This document shows, one piece after another, positions 45,101 to 58,565 of a stretch of 64,000 nt of DNA. This DNA is from Gracilinanus agilis (taxonomy: Eukaryota). The notes below the pieces were generated by a model. The model saw only the letters and a program-made list of their open reading frames with translations, was not told where the DNA came from and ran no database searches. Every line of letters begins with the position of its first letter. The stretch's first letter is position 1. The stretch lies in contig NC_058131.1 in the NCBI RefSeq assembly GCF_016433145.1, positions 278,001,703 through 278,065,702 of the forward strand. Reading direction: 5' to 3'. A program made the translations under genes and the position numbers.

Positions 45101-48100
45101 GGAAGCATAGACCAATTTTAACATTAACCTGAACTAAACGGAATCAAGGAGACAGATTAGATTCAGAGTAAGTGAGGAAATGAGTGGAAAAATCTCCAAT
45201 CACACACTGCATTTCAAAACTCAATCTTAATAACTTTGGGATTATCTATTTTGGGAATTCTCTATGTTATGTAAAAATCATAGCCTATCAGAACTGGAAA
45301 GGAAGGGCCTTAAAGATCATCTAGCTCATAGATTCTTAACGTATTTCTTTTTTTTTTTTGGTCATGGATCTCATTTGACAGTCTGGTGAAGCCCATGTAC
45401 TCTTTCTGAGAATAATGTTTTCAAACAATACAAAGAAATACTAAATTGCAGTTAGAGGTTAGTGAAAATAAAGATATAAATTTTGTTTTACTCAAGCTTA
45501 TAGTCCCCCTGAAATATTTCCACAGTTCATGGACCCCAGGTAAAGAGCCCACCCCCATCCCCAAGATACCTCCCTTACTGAGGTCAAGGGAGAAAGTGAA
45601 TAGTTTTCCTGTGCCCAGTATCACAAAGTTGAAGAATCTTCAGATTTATCTCTTTATGCTTCCTTTTCCCCATTGGACCTAGCAGTGCCTTTAAAATGCT
45701 CATGATTGCACCAAAGAGGCTTATAAACCTGATTTGGAAAGGTTTGAAGCCAAATCTGCCTATGGATTTAAAATGTATAGTTGAACATCCTTATGACTTA
45801 CTTTTCTGAAGAGGTTGAGCTTCCTCTCACCTCTTATTGTCCTGAACTATTATAAATACTCAAAATGAAAAGTTAAAAAAAGTTCAGCACTTTTAGAGCC
45901 AGAGATCAGCTTGCAAAACAGCACCAGAGTTATTCATGCCAAGCCTTTTATCCTATCCCTTCCCATCTCTCCTGAGTTCTCAGGATCCTTGCCCAGTTTT
46001 AATCCTTTCACCTGATTCCCTTCAAAGAAGGGAATCTCCCATATTATGCCTCTGGCTTCATTTCTCTCTTATGCGTTCTGTTTGGGTTCTAGGCAGGTGA
46101 AATTCTGTATTGTGCTTCTGAAAGTAAAAAAGATAGGATTTTCCTCTTTGGGAAGAACTCCATGAACTAGAATAGGGGAATCAAGTGACAGTGAAGTCAC
46201 ACTCTTAGAATGTCTTGAATTGGAAGGGACCTTAGAACAAAAAATGTCCAAGCTGGGAGAGACTTCTAGAACATGGAATGTCTCCTGTAAGGAACCCTGG
46301 GGAAATCATTGTCTACGACTCTCGAATTTTACACCTGAGAATGAAAATGGCCTATGATTCATATAGTGAGTGAGTGACAATCCCAGGACTAGAACCCAAA
46401 TCTCTTAATTCCTAGATCATTGTTCTTGCTGTTACTTATCTCCCTTCCTGATTTTCCTCATATTAAGAGTTCAGTCAGATTTATTGTTCTTTCCCTCAAC
46501 ATTTTCCATACTATCTAATAAGATGACCACAGCTCAAATTTTCCGTAACCTTCCTAACCCCACCCCAAGTATGTAAATGCCTCAAAGCTGTTTTTGGCAA
46601 TCCCAGAGTGCCTTAGTGTGGTAGTGGTGAGGATGATGATGGTGGTGGTGGTGGTAAGCTTGGCATCAGTGAGATAGTCAGTCCCCTTTTGAAAATGATG
46701 GCCCCTGCATACCCACCGTGCACCTGACTACAGGGCCCTTTTCAGGAATACTAAAGTGGCAAATTGATGATGATGGTGATTTTGAAACTGTCAACTATGT
46801 CTCCATGCTGTTAAGTATTTGAATCTTATCCTTCTCTATTCCTATTCCACTCCTCCACCCAATTCCCATGTAAATAAAGTTTTCTCTGTAAGCAAACTGG
46901 GACGTTAAACACCTTTCCAAATGTTTTTCTCCATATGAGCTGCTGTTCCTGTCACCCTTGCTATCCTGTCACCCTCCCCCCCACCCCCTGCTCTCTTGCA
47001 TCCACTTTGCCATCTTTCCCTATTGTTTGCTTTTTTCCCCAACCCAACTCTCCTGCTTTTTTTCTTTGGAGTGTCCCACAGCTCCATATCTGTGATGGAC
47101 TTTTAGGATTGGGGAGCCAGATAGGGTCTAGATGAAGGGAAAGAAGCATCCTAGAGTTAAGCAGCCTTGGGAAAAGGATGATCTATTTACCTTTTCAGAA
47201 AGAGCATCTGGTTTGTCCCTCTCCCCATTTTTTTCCCCCTGCTGGTTACTGTTTAAGATTATGTCAGAAACCTGGTAGAAATTACCAGGTTTAGGGAGGT
47301 TGGAGGGCCAGATGTGAAAGACACCCAGGCTAAATTTCATGCCCAGAGACCAAAAGCTCAGGGCACTAAAACAGCCAATTAAAATAAAAATTTTCTGAGA
47401 AGTCAATGAATGACAGCCACCAATCAGTGGAGATAAACTGAGATGACTCATAAACCTGGAACCAAGAAACTTCACTTTTGGCTGACTGAGGTGAGGGGTA
47501 CAAGTACTAGGATCTGGAGCTGGAAGGAACCTTAAAATCATTTAGTCTCCTCCTACCTCCACCTTTACATATAAGGAAACCGAAGCCCAGAGAGATTATG
47601 GTTTTCTTTTTTTTACTTGCCTATGGTCAGACAGTCCTGTCCCAGGTGTTTAGTACAAATAACTTTAGATTGTCATATTTTGACTGGACTTTTTGAAGTC
47701 CTGCTGAAATCTTCCATCTGCCCATATCTAGGTTTTTGCTGCTTTAAAACTGGAACTGGAACTGTTGGCTTCTTGCAAATGGGGTTGACCCAAGGCCTTG
47801 TTTTAGCCACTTGTGGAATAGCATTTATGGGAGGTTGTACCGTGCCAAGCCTCATCTTTAAAAACAAACCCCCTACCTATATGATCCCTGCTTTCAGAGA
47901 AGTGATAGGAATGTGGATTTATAGTTGAAAAACCTTGGAAGTCTCTTCAGTCGTGAGATCTTAGATCAAGATCAGGAAGGGGCCCCAGGAGGCTAACTAG
48001 TCTACTCTTCTCCCTCCATTTACAGAAGAGGAAAGTGAAGCCTAGAAACTTTCCCTTAAGGTGAGCATACCAGTTAAGATGTGAACCTAGGACCTCTGAT

Positions 48101-48776
48101 GCTTTCCATTGTATCACGTCTTCCCACTTACAGGATCCGGATACTGATATCTAAAAATAACTGACAAACATATGCAAATCAGTGGACAAATAGATGTGAT
48201 TGATCAAATGCATTTGTATGCCTGATTTTCCAATGGAGGTCCTACTCTCAAGGCCATAGGAGACCTTACCACTTTAAAAGATCCTGTAGGAAATCTTTCT
48301 ATTCAGCAAGTAATGCTCCATTTTTGCACTGGTCCAGAATGTCTTAGGTTTGCTTAGGGTGAAGCCATTTCATGATTTCAGATTTGGGAGTTAGGGAGTG
48401 GTCAGTCAGTTTTGGGTGGGTAGGGATTTCTTTGAAGATTGGTACTGTTTTCTAAATGCTCTGCTTCTGTCTTGCTTTTTTTTTTTCTTTTATTCCCTTT
48501 TCCCCCTGCCTTCACATCTCTCCCTGCTCCTGCTGTCTTTCTTCCTGGGGTTTTTTTTTTTTTTGACTATGGAAAAGCTACAGTCTTTGCGACACAATTG
48601 ATCTACCTCTGTGTGAAGCCTACTGGAGGCAGGACCTCACTTCATTCTCCCCTGATGGTCTCTCGGCACCTCTTCTAGTGTCTCCTGCAGAGCCTGGCAC
48701 AGCCCCAGTGCAAGGGACTGCACCTGTGCTCCCTCACGTCAACGGGCCTGGTTCAGGGCCCACGGAGCATGCATGA
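39144..48776 (+). CDS. MED22: Mediator subunit 22 (SURF5); long isoform about 203 aa, short isoform ends at 44327 (140 aa)
   Basis: Exons 39144-39266, 41468-41548, 44109-44317 and 48578-48776. They translate [33 protein letters not shown]...[27 protein letters not shown]...[23 protein letters not shown]...YYSS; read-through gives RYK* and splicing gives [16 protein letters not shown]...GPTEHA*. Confidence 0.96.
40174..40544 (-). mobile_element. Solo LTR inserted into an older SINE fragment (MED22 intron 2)
   Basis: TG...CA ends (tgttat...ataacaca), 4 bp direct repeat AGTG on both sides, ATTAAA on -; the flanks rejoin into a continuous older repeat. Confidence 0.6.
43515..43697. mobile_element. 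Palindromic hAT/Charlie-like MITE (MED22 intron 3)
   Basis: Termini CAGTGATGGGCCAACT...AGTTGGCCCATCACCG; arms are near-complementary along the whole length; imperfect 8 bp flanks ggccagac/cactagac. Confidence 0.75.
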
Positions 48777-51715
48777 CCAGGATCCATTCCCGATGCTGTC
48801 AAAGGTGCTCACCGATGACTCCCGCTGCCCCAGCCAACAGTGGCCCCTTTGGGCATAGAGTGCCACTTGGAAAGTAGCACGTTAGTATTTCAGTCTGGGT
48901 TTTCTCTCACTTCATTGCCCTCTCCTTCAGGCTCAGGGATAGATTACAGATGCCCAGGTCATCCATCTATTACTGCACTTCCTTTTCCTGGGACTAACCT
49001 TTGTTGGGCAAAAGTCACCTTGTTCCTGAAATTAGAGCATTATGGGAGGGGGTTGAGGAATTTGTTAGCCTGAGCCTAAAATTAGGCAGAGCCAAACACT
49101 TTGAGTTGGGAAAACTGTAAGTTACATATTCAGTTGTTCCTAGGGACTGCTATTCATGAAGTCTTCCTCTTCCTCTCCTAGCCCATTTCTTATCAGTAGA
49201 GATAGGAGGAAGCTAGCTCTGGGTTTCATCTTATGTTCAGTATTCACTCAAAAGTGAGTGTGTGAGTGAATTAGTGAGAGAGAGTGGGTGATATAGATGT
49301 GGATGTATAAAAGAAAGATGTAGGGAGGGAGCTATAAATTCTTGGATTTGTAAGTAGGTATGAAAAGAATGTAGCATTAACTTAAGCAGCACACAGAGAG
49401 ACCACATTAAAGATTGGCATTTGGGGGAAAATATAGCTACTATAAGTGAGCAAAGCTGTGCCTGGTCCAGCTTCCAAATATACTTGACATAGAATCACTT
49501 TTTCATTGGAAGTTCTATATTAAAGGTGACTCCTCAAAATCAATTGCTTCCTGGAGTTTAGGGGGACAGAGGGAATGAATTATACTGTAATTTACTCTTC
49601 GTTTCCCACAGTGATTCTCTTTATTTTTGTAACTATACTGTTGAATAAATAAATCATGAACCTTTGGTGATTTGTTTCTCTTCTCAGTCCCCAATTATGC
49701 ATGAATTCACAGATGGAAAAGGATGCCTGCTGGTCCCCTATGAACAGGGATGCTTTTGTTGGATAGGAATGGGTAGTGAAGGTCCAGACCTTGGGAGGGC
49801 AACAGAAAAGAGGATAACTCTTTTTCACAATATCAGCTGTTGGAGAAAGAGTGGGCAACTCTTCATCATCTGTAGGGATAGAGATTATTCAATAAGTATT
49901 ATAAGTAAGTGCCTACTATGTGCCAGATACTGATAGGGACTGAGGATTCAAAGGCAGAACTGAAAAGGTCCCTGATCTCATGGAGCTTACATTCTGAATG
50001 ATCCAAGTCAGAAGGTTATTCTGAAGAATATCATTAATGAACAAAGGTTGTCATTACTGGAAGGACCTTGTTCTAATCTAGGGACTAAAATGAATCCATC
50101 CCTGTTATTTTACAAACTAGGGCCCAGAAAATTTATCTTAGGTCACAGGTTGAGTAACAGCCAGGACTAGAACTCACTTTCAAGTAGTCTTAGGAAGAGT
50201 TCCTACCAAGGAATATGATGGACAATGAAGGTTTCCCATATTCTATGAATGAGTCTTGTCTTACCAGCCAGACCCTGAAACCTTTTTAAAAAATTTACAA
50301 GTCAAATTAGGAAAATAATAAAGGAAACCAAGATAGGCAATATCCTACATATGGAGAAAATCACGTCTGTGATCTACCTCTTGGGTAATCAACAAACATT
50401 AAGTACCAAAGTGTGTCAGACACTGTTAGCATGGGGATACAAATACAAATTCAGGAAAATCAGTTACCTCAAGCTTACATTTTACTAGTCTGATGATAAA
50501 GGAGAAAGAAATCTTCCAAGTACCCACGACGGCTTGACTGAGTGGTATGTGGGCTTTTCCACTGACCCCCATCATAAATCATGAGGCTTTTCATCAATAT
50601 AGTTGCACCTATCAAACATGTTGCAAGCCATTACTCAAATCCCATCCTTTCCTAAGGCTGCACAAGTTTCCAGCCTTCCCTCTTCTGTGTCTACTTTGGG
50701 TCTTTTGATCAGTAATAATCTAATCACAATAAAGTTCCTTTAGCAGTAACTTGCTTTCCTAGCCCAAGAAAAGCTTTTTTCTGATGGGAGTTTCATGATC
50801 AAAAAGTGTGGAGACCACTGTTATAGACAACAATTAACAAATGTTTTTCACTGGTATTATTCTATTCATGGACTGATGGTATGATTTAAGATTTACAAAG
50901 TAATTTATGTGCACTCTTTATGATCTTTACACTCACCCTGTGATGTAAGTAATTACATTTTGCTTTTTTTCACTCTTCCCCTTTTACAAATAAACTATGG
51001 CATAAGAGGTCAGCTAGGTGTCTTAGTGGACTGAGAGACCCAGAGATGGGAGGTCCTAGGTTCAAATGTGCCCTCATAATTCCTAGCTGTGTGACCCAGA
51101 GCAAGTCACTTAGCCCCCGTTGCCTAGCCCTTATCATTCTTCCTTGGAACCAATACAGTATTGATTCTGAGACAAGGTTTAAAAAAAAAGATAAACGGAT
51201 ATAGTTCAATAATGTGTAAAACTTGAGTGTGGGACTCGAAATTAAGTCTCTTCTAACCCTAAGTCTAGCACTCCAGTAGAACACACAATATTAGATTTCA
51301 CTCTCCTCTTGGAGATATCCAGTTCACATTGGACTCTCTTCTATTCTGGAATCCCTTGCTTACTGTCCTACTTCTGCTTATACCTTGCTGAGTCCCAGTT
51401 CTGGATTACTCCCCCCATTAGCCTCTTCTCATACATCTGAATGACACTGGAGGAAATATGAAGTAATATGATAAAAGCAGGGAAAAAAATACCTATCTCT
51501 GGAGTTCCAAAACCTGGATTTGAATCCTGCTTTGGATTGTTTACTAATTTACTAAGGCAAGTTGCTTTATCTCCCTGGGCCACAGTCTCTAAAAAATAAG
51601 ATAAGGGGGTTGCATTTAATGGTCTCTGAGGTCCCTGACAGCTCTAAAGCTGCAGTCTTATGAAGTCACCTCTCTACAAATTTGTATAGTTGGTATCAAC
51701 TGGACAATTAAATCT

Positions 51716-53050
51716 GGATTATACATATATTATCACACAAAACATTTCCATATTATTCATTTTTGTAAGTGAATAATCTTATAAAACCAGAATCCCAAAA
51801 CATATACCCAAATAAACAAGTGATAAATCATATGCTTTCATCTGCATTTCTACTCCAGTTCTTTCTCTGAAAGTCGATAACATTCTTTTCTCATAAATCC
51901 TCAGAATTGTCCCGGATCATTGTATTGCTGTTAGTAGCAAAGACTATCACATTTATCATTGCACAATGTTACTGTGTATAATGTTCTCCTGGTTCTTCTT
52001 ATTTCACTCTGCATTAGTTTATGTAGGTCTTTTCAGCTCTTTCTGAAATCATCTGGTTCATCATTCCTTATAGCATTACAGTATTCTGTCACCATTATAT
52101 ACCACAATTTGTTCAACCATTTCCCAATTTAGGGATATCTCTTTAGTTTCCAATTATTTGCCACCACAAAAAGCACAGCTATAAGTATTTTTGTACAAAT
52201 AGGTCTTTTCCCATTTTTTAAAAATCTCTTTGGGATACCTTTTTATTTTTGTAAAGATTTTTTTTTAAACAATTACATGTAATAATAATTTTCCACACAA
52301 GTTTTCTGAAGTTATGAGATTCAAATTGCCTTCCTCACTCTTCCTGGAGATGGCAATCAATTTGATCTGGGTTATACATATATTATTATGCAAAGCATAT
52401 TTTAATATTATTATTATAAGAGAATACTCATATACAACCCAAACCCCCAAAACCCAAATAAAGTGAAAAATAGTATACTTTGATCTGCATTCCAACTACA
52501 ACAGTTCTTTCTCTGAAGTTGTATAGAATTCTGTCATAAGTCCTTCAGAATTCCCTTGAATTATTGTATTGCTGAGAATAGTTAAGTCTTTTACAGTTGG
52601 TCATTGTACAAAATTGCTGTTACTGTGGACAATGTTCTTCTGATACTGCATACTTCACTCTGCATCAGTTCATGTAGGTCTTTCCAGCACTTTCTGAAGT
52701 CATCCTGTTCATTTCTTATAGCACAATGGTATTCCATCACCATCATATGCCACAACTTGCTCAGCCATTCCCCAATCAATGGACATCCCCTTAATTTCCA
52801 ATTCTTTGCTACTATAAAAAAGAGCGGCTATATTTTTGTACAAATAGGCCCTTTCCCCCTATTTTTTATCTCTTTGAAATACCAACCCAGTAGTAGTATT
52901 ACTGAATCAAAGGGTATACACAGTTTTATTATAGCCCTTTGGGCATAGTTCCAAATTGCCTTCCAAAATGGTTAGATCAGTTCACAACTCCTCCAATATT
53001 GTACACTAGTGTCCCAATTTTGCCACATCCCGTCCAACATCACTTTACTG
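51716..53050 (-). mobile_element. Two tandem 5'-truncated L1 3' ends (ORF2 C-terminus plus 3' UTR)
   Basis: The minus-strand ORF MIGEWLSKLWHMMVMEYHCAIRNEQDDF... is the L1 ORF2 tail; about 51716-52240 and 52255-53050 are homologous. Confidence 0.85.
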
Positions 53051-54595
53051 TCATATTATGCCTCAGTTTCTAATGTATAGTTCTTGGCACATAGTAGGCC
53101 GTGGTGAGTTCTCAGAATCTGCCTCTTAAAGGGGCCCCAACTATCCATCCTTCATTCTCTGAACTTCACCACTTCTTCCACCCTTGTTGCTTTTCAGCTC
53201 CCTTTTCTGTATTGTCTTCCTTCTTTAAATATAAACTCCTTGAGGACAAGAACTATCTTTTTGGATGTGTTTATATCCCCAGAGATATAAGTATATACAG
53301 TGTCTGGAACATAATTGTTGTTTGTCTTTCATTTTTAAAGACGAATGATATCATGATGAGTGATATCTTGACTTGCACATGAATTATATTTTAAGGCAAA
53401 GTTGTGTAAATTTTTAAGTTCACTCTTCCAGAATCATAATAATAGCATAATAAATAACAAATGGAATATAATAAGGGCTTAATAAATGCTTGTTGTTGGT
53501 TTAAGTAGTTGATTGACTATCTAGTAATATATCTAGATTGCCTCTTCTTACTTATTTTTCAGTCCTTTACCATCTATCTGATTTCAGACCTTACCCTTCA
53601 GTTAAAACTGACCTTTCCAAAGTTATCAATGATCTCTTATTTGACAAAACTAATATTCCTTTTTCAATTTATCGGTCTTGACCGCAGCAGAACTTGATTC
53701 TGCTGACCACCCAGTTTAACTAAGATGCTATCTCTTCTGTGACTGAGCTCTTCACTCTCCTCTGCTTGCTGATTTCAAATTCTACCCTCTAACTTTGTGT
53801 GTAATCAAAATCTCTGTCCTGGCGTCCTTTTTTTCTTTTTTCTTAAACTCTTATGGTCACTTCATGAATTCTCATGTATGTATCACTCCTATGCAACTGA
53901 GTCCTAGATCTAGATAGCCAGCTTCAGTCTTTCCAGAGCTCCAATTCCATGTCACTACCTGGCCATTAGAAATTTCAAGTAGGTTTTTCTGTAAACATTT
54001 CAAATATAACATGTCAAAATAGAACTTAGCCCTTTTATACTGGCCTCTCATCCTAATTTTTCCTATTTCTATCAAGATTACCATCATCCTTCTAGTCACT
54101 TAGGTTCACAACCTCAGCAATTCTCAATACCTCACTCTTCCCTCATTACATATATTCAATCAATTGCCAAATTATTTCTACATCCACAACTTCCCTTGCA
54201 TCCCACCCCTGTGTTTAGTTTCATAATTACCACCCTAGATCAGACAATCTCCCTTCTTAGACTATTGCAATAAACTCTCAGTTGGTCTTCAGAAGCTCCT
54301 TAACTCCAATCCATTTTCCACTCAGCTGACAAAGTAATTTGACAAAAACATGGGTTCATATCACTCCTGTGCTCAATAAATTCCAATGGCTCCCTATCAT
54401 TTCTTGAACAACACCTACAACAAAAGCCTTTGGGTGGCATTTAAATCTGGTTCCTACCTACCTTTTCAGCTTTATTATATATTACTTCCTCTTCATACCC
54501 TCTACAGTCTTACTGTTCCATCTTTCATTGTCATTCCTTTTGCAAAGACAATCCTGGATCCTTAATGTGCACTTCAACCTCCCTTTCTCTCTCAG

Positions 54596-55283
54596 TGTTG
54601 GAAGCCATTGAGAGAAACAGGGTCTCTAATAGATATTCTTATCTGGACCCTATCAAAGTCAATATAGCTGACAGGGTCATACATTATCTTGTTTTGACCT
54701 GAAAGGATTGGGTCAAATGATGGATGGTATATCTGAGATAAAAAGCCGGATCTCTCCTGATGGCTCCTCTTTATTACTGAAAGCATATTAATTTAGTTTT
54801 TAGGACAGCCTCAAGTTCATAAAAAAGCCTGTAAGTACCGTATAGTAAACCAGTACTTAATGAGTTAATAGCCTTTTTTCCGCTTAGCAGAGGACAGTTG
54901 CAACTGTGGGTGTATATCTCTCTTACTGCTCCAGATGTCCCAAGGTCACGGAGTGGCAGGCTCAGTTAAAATTCCACTTTAGATAAAGTGAAGCTCATTT
55001 TTAACCTTGGGACTTTTTCTCATCTGGGCATGATCTTCATGAGAAAATTCTTTGTAAAACCATATACTAATCATTATGTAATTCTGTAACCTTGGTGTGT
55101 CTGTGCAGTCGCAAACTCCTTTGTGCTTTGTCAGAAACAGCTTTTTGAACAGAATGTATAAAATTTAAAAAGCTCAGAGGCTTGAGGGAGCAATCATGAG
55201 CTGACAGACGGTTCCCAGCTTCATTCTTTCTCTCCTAAACTATCACCTCCCAGACCCTTGATTGGAGTTGATAGCTTTTAACA
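54596..55283 (+). mobile_element. Solo LTR (688 bp) inserted in L2 sequence
   Basis: tgtt...aaca termini, flanks tctcag/tcttag (5 of 6 match), TATA-like tgtataaaat near 55156. Orientation is tentative. Confidence 0.6.
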
Positions 55284-55566
55284 TCTTAGAATCTCTACTT
55301 CCCTTCCAAGTTTAGCTTATTTGACAACATACATTAGGTCTTTCCTGAACACTCCCAGCTGCTAATGGCTCCTCACCAAAATGACTTTTTATTTATATTA
55401 TACATTTGAATACATATCTGCACAGGTCTCCCTTGATTGAATTTAAGTTTCTTGAAGGCAGGGACTGCTTCATTTTTATCTTTATGTCCTAAGTACCTAG
55501 CACAGTGCCTGACACATAATACTTAATAAATGCTTGCTAATTATCTTCTGTTACATTATAATTTTA

Positions 55567-55759
55567 TTTTATTTTATTTTTTTAAACCCTTGTACTTCGG
55601 TGTATTGTCTCATAGGTGGAAGATTGGTAAGGGTGGGCAATGGGGGTCAAGTGACTTGCCCAGGGTCACACAGCTGGGTAGTGGCTGAGGCCGGGTTTGA
55701 ACCTAGGACCTCCTGTCTCTAGGCCTGACTCTCACTCCACTGAGCTACCCAGCTGCCCC
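55567..55759 (-). mobile_element. Young SINE1_Mdo-like SINE with 15 bp TSD
   Basis: Direct repeat tacattataatttta at 55552-55566 and 55760-55774. Confidence 0.9.
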
Positions 55760-57229
55760 TACATTATAATTTTAAAGGCAGGCATTGTACCTGATTTATC
55801 TGTTTCCTTTGCACTGCCTACATGGACCCCAGAATAGGCACTCAACAAATGCATGTTGAACAGAGATTCTTCCTGAGGACTGTCCTAATGCTTGAGGCAG
55901 ATAAGAGTCAATCACTGCTCCCAAAGAGTTAATAGTCTGGTTAGAAAGACACCAAACAATTAAGAACACAAGATTCGGTTGTCATTAAATGCTGGCTGTA
56001 TAGACTTAAGAGGAGGTAGAATTTCAACACGGCTCTCTATCACCTGTACATTGGTAAGGAAGCAATATGTATAGTGGGAAAATGTACTAGGATTCAGGAG
56101 TTTTGAATTCTAAGTCCAGGTCTTGGACAAGTCATTCCTGTCAATCAACCAGTAATCAATAAACCCTAATAAAGTGGCAGTTCACAAAAGTGAACTAGTC
56201 TCTCCCCTAGAGGATCTTGCAATCTAGGATAGCCTATGTATAAATATTCAGATACACATTTGTTTATATACATACACATATGTGTATATAGAGTGTACCA
56301 AAAACCTTAGTGCAGTTTAAACTTAATAAAGCACTAAGATTTCTGGGACATGCTGTACCTATCTATCCCTCCTTCCCTCTCTCTGTAGATAACTATAAAT
56401 CTATAGCTATGTAAATGTGTATATGTATATACATACACAAATACACCTATATATTTGTATATATGTAAAAAGCACATATAGGCACATACAAAGTAGAAGA
56501 GTTCCTTAGTGGATAAAGAGATAGTCTTAGAAGAGTTCCTGGATTTCAAGTCCTGCCTCTGACACATACCATCTATGTGATTTTGGATAAGTCATTTAAT
56601 TTAACCTTTCTGTACCTCCAAATAAACTCTAGATCATAAATTGCAGAGCAAGTGTAGGAAGTTCCTCACCAGGAGCAAAGCTCTATATTAGTACCCTCCC
56701 CCACCCCCCAATGGATTGACAAAATAGACATAGGAAAATTTGTGGGTGAGGGGGCAGAACGCATTAGAACTGGAAGAGGAGAGGCCCAACAGAAAATTGT
56801 TTTCATGTAGAATGTGTCAGGAATTTAAGATTCCATCTATCTACTTAGCATACGTGTGTATGTATGTACACACAGAATCCCTGCCCTCCAGGTTTTTACA
56901 TTCTATTGGGAGAGAACATAAATACAAATTTATAAATATATATACACACATGTGTATACGTACCTTTAAGATAGATGTACATTTAAGAAATCTACACGAT
57001 GTATATTTCATGTGTATGTATGTGTCTAGCTATATCTATCTCTCCATCTATCTAGATTTCTTAAATGTGCATAGCTGTCTTCATGTTTTCTGCCAGTAAA
57101 AAGTAAGCTACTGAAAGTAAGAGTCTCTTTTGCCTTTCTTTGTATTTGTAGTGCCTAATTAGCACAGTGCTAAAATGTGCTAATAAAGCTCGGGGGCTGA
57201 TTGAACCCAACTTTTTTCGCTCCTTCCAG

Positions 57230-57485
57230 CGGTGACGGACGCCCAGTCTCAAATTCCTCCCACTTCCCGACCCTGCAGAATCCTCCACTAGCCCACAATC
57301 CTTTATTTAAGGTCTCGCCCCTCCCACTTTGCAGCCGGTCTACTAGACCCGGCCAATCGAACTTCGCTATTCCATGACTCGGTAGTCTTCTAGTCCTGTC
57401 TGCCCACGTGGACTCCTGGGAGAAGCGAAGAAAGCGAAGATGGGTGGGACTAAGTAGCTGATCCGGCGTGCAGTCCTCTGGCTGG
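57230..57485 (+). promoter_or_regulatory. SURF6 CpG-rich promoter and probable non-coding exon 1
   Basis: CpG cluster, CCAAT near 57352, CACGTG at 57405-57410, consensus donor TGG|GTAAGT at 57485/57486. Confidence 0.65.
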
Positions 57486-58565
57486 GTAAGTGGGATTCGC
57501 TTGCCCCTACTCCGACTCCTAGCTACGCTCCCGACCCTTCTCCTCCGCTACCTTCCTTCCCAGCTTCTTGCTGTCCTCTCACCCCACCACGTCTTCCTTC
57601 TTCCCTTCCTCGGTTTCCCCACGAAAAGTCCTCGTCTCCAGTGGGTGCTCTCGCAAATGTCTCTCTCCCTGTCTCTGCCTTTCTCTTGCCTCTCTTTCCC
57701 TTTCTCCCTCTGTCCACCTCTCTGTTTCTGTCTCTCTGTCTTTTAAACGTTATTCTGAAAAGGGTTCCATGATAGCGAAAAAAAAGTTAAGAACCCTGAT
57801 CTAGTCCAACTTCCCTCCCTCCCACCCCCCCCCCCCCCACGCTTTTCTCTCAATAAGAGGCGAACAATTCAGAAAATTTCTTTTCATTTTGCTTCATATA
57901 CTTGTAGCACTGAGTGACATAAACAGGTACAGATATATAGACGCGATTAGCTCTTTAAGAACAGGGATTCTCCTTGCCTTCCTGTGTATCCCCAGCTTAG
58001 CCCATTGCCTGGCACATATTAACAAATGATTATTGGCATGACATGCAGATGTCCAAGATTGGCAGAGACACAGTAAGCAACGAAAGGTTTTCAGTCAGTC
58101 AAGTTGAAACAGACAAATGTGCATTTAACCATATAGATCAGTAGCCATAAATGCATGTATTCACACACAACAGTGTTTGTGTAGAGGCCCCTTTCTGTGT
58201 GAAAAAATACTGCCCAAATGCAAGCCTTCCTCCTACTTAAAAAGGTTTAAAGTTTCTTCTTCAAAGTTTACCCCTCAGGTGTGGGCTAGGCTGTTATATT
58301 GGGGGATTTGTGTGTGTGTGTGGGGGGGGGAAGGGGTATGTGTGATGAGGAGGAATAGTGATATTTGGAACCTTCTCCATGAAGCATCTACCCTAGATAC
58401 AAGGATCTCCCTAAGAGGGGACAAATTGTTTTCTGTATTCTTCCCAACCAATTCTTCTTTTTCTCAATCCAGGAACAGTGGAAGAAATCTTCCAGGGACC
58501 CCCTATGCCTCTGAAGGAGTAGTTGAGATTTTCCAACAGGATTCTGTAATTCTTCCCTTTTCCCA

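Noticed and set aside
56250-57060. AT-rich TA/CA-patterned stretch upstream of SURF6
   Set aside because: Simple low-complexity dinucleotide decay with no higher-order structure seen.
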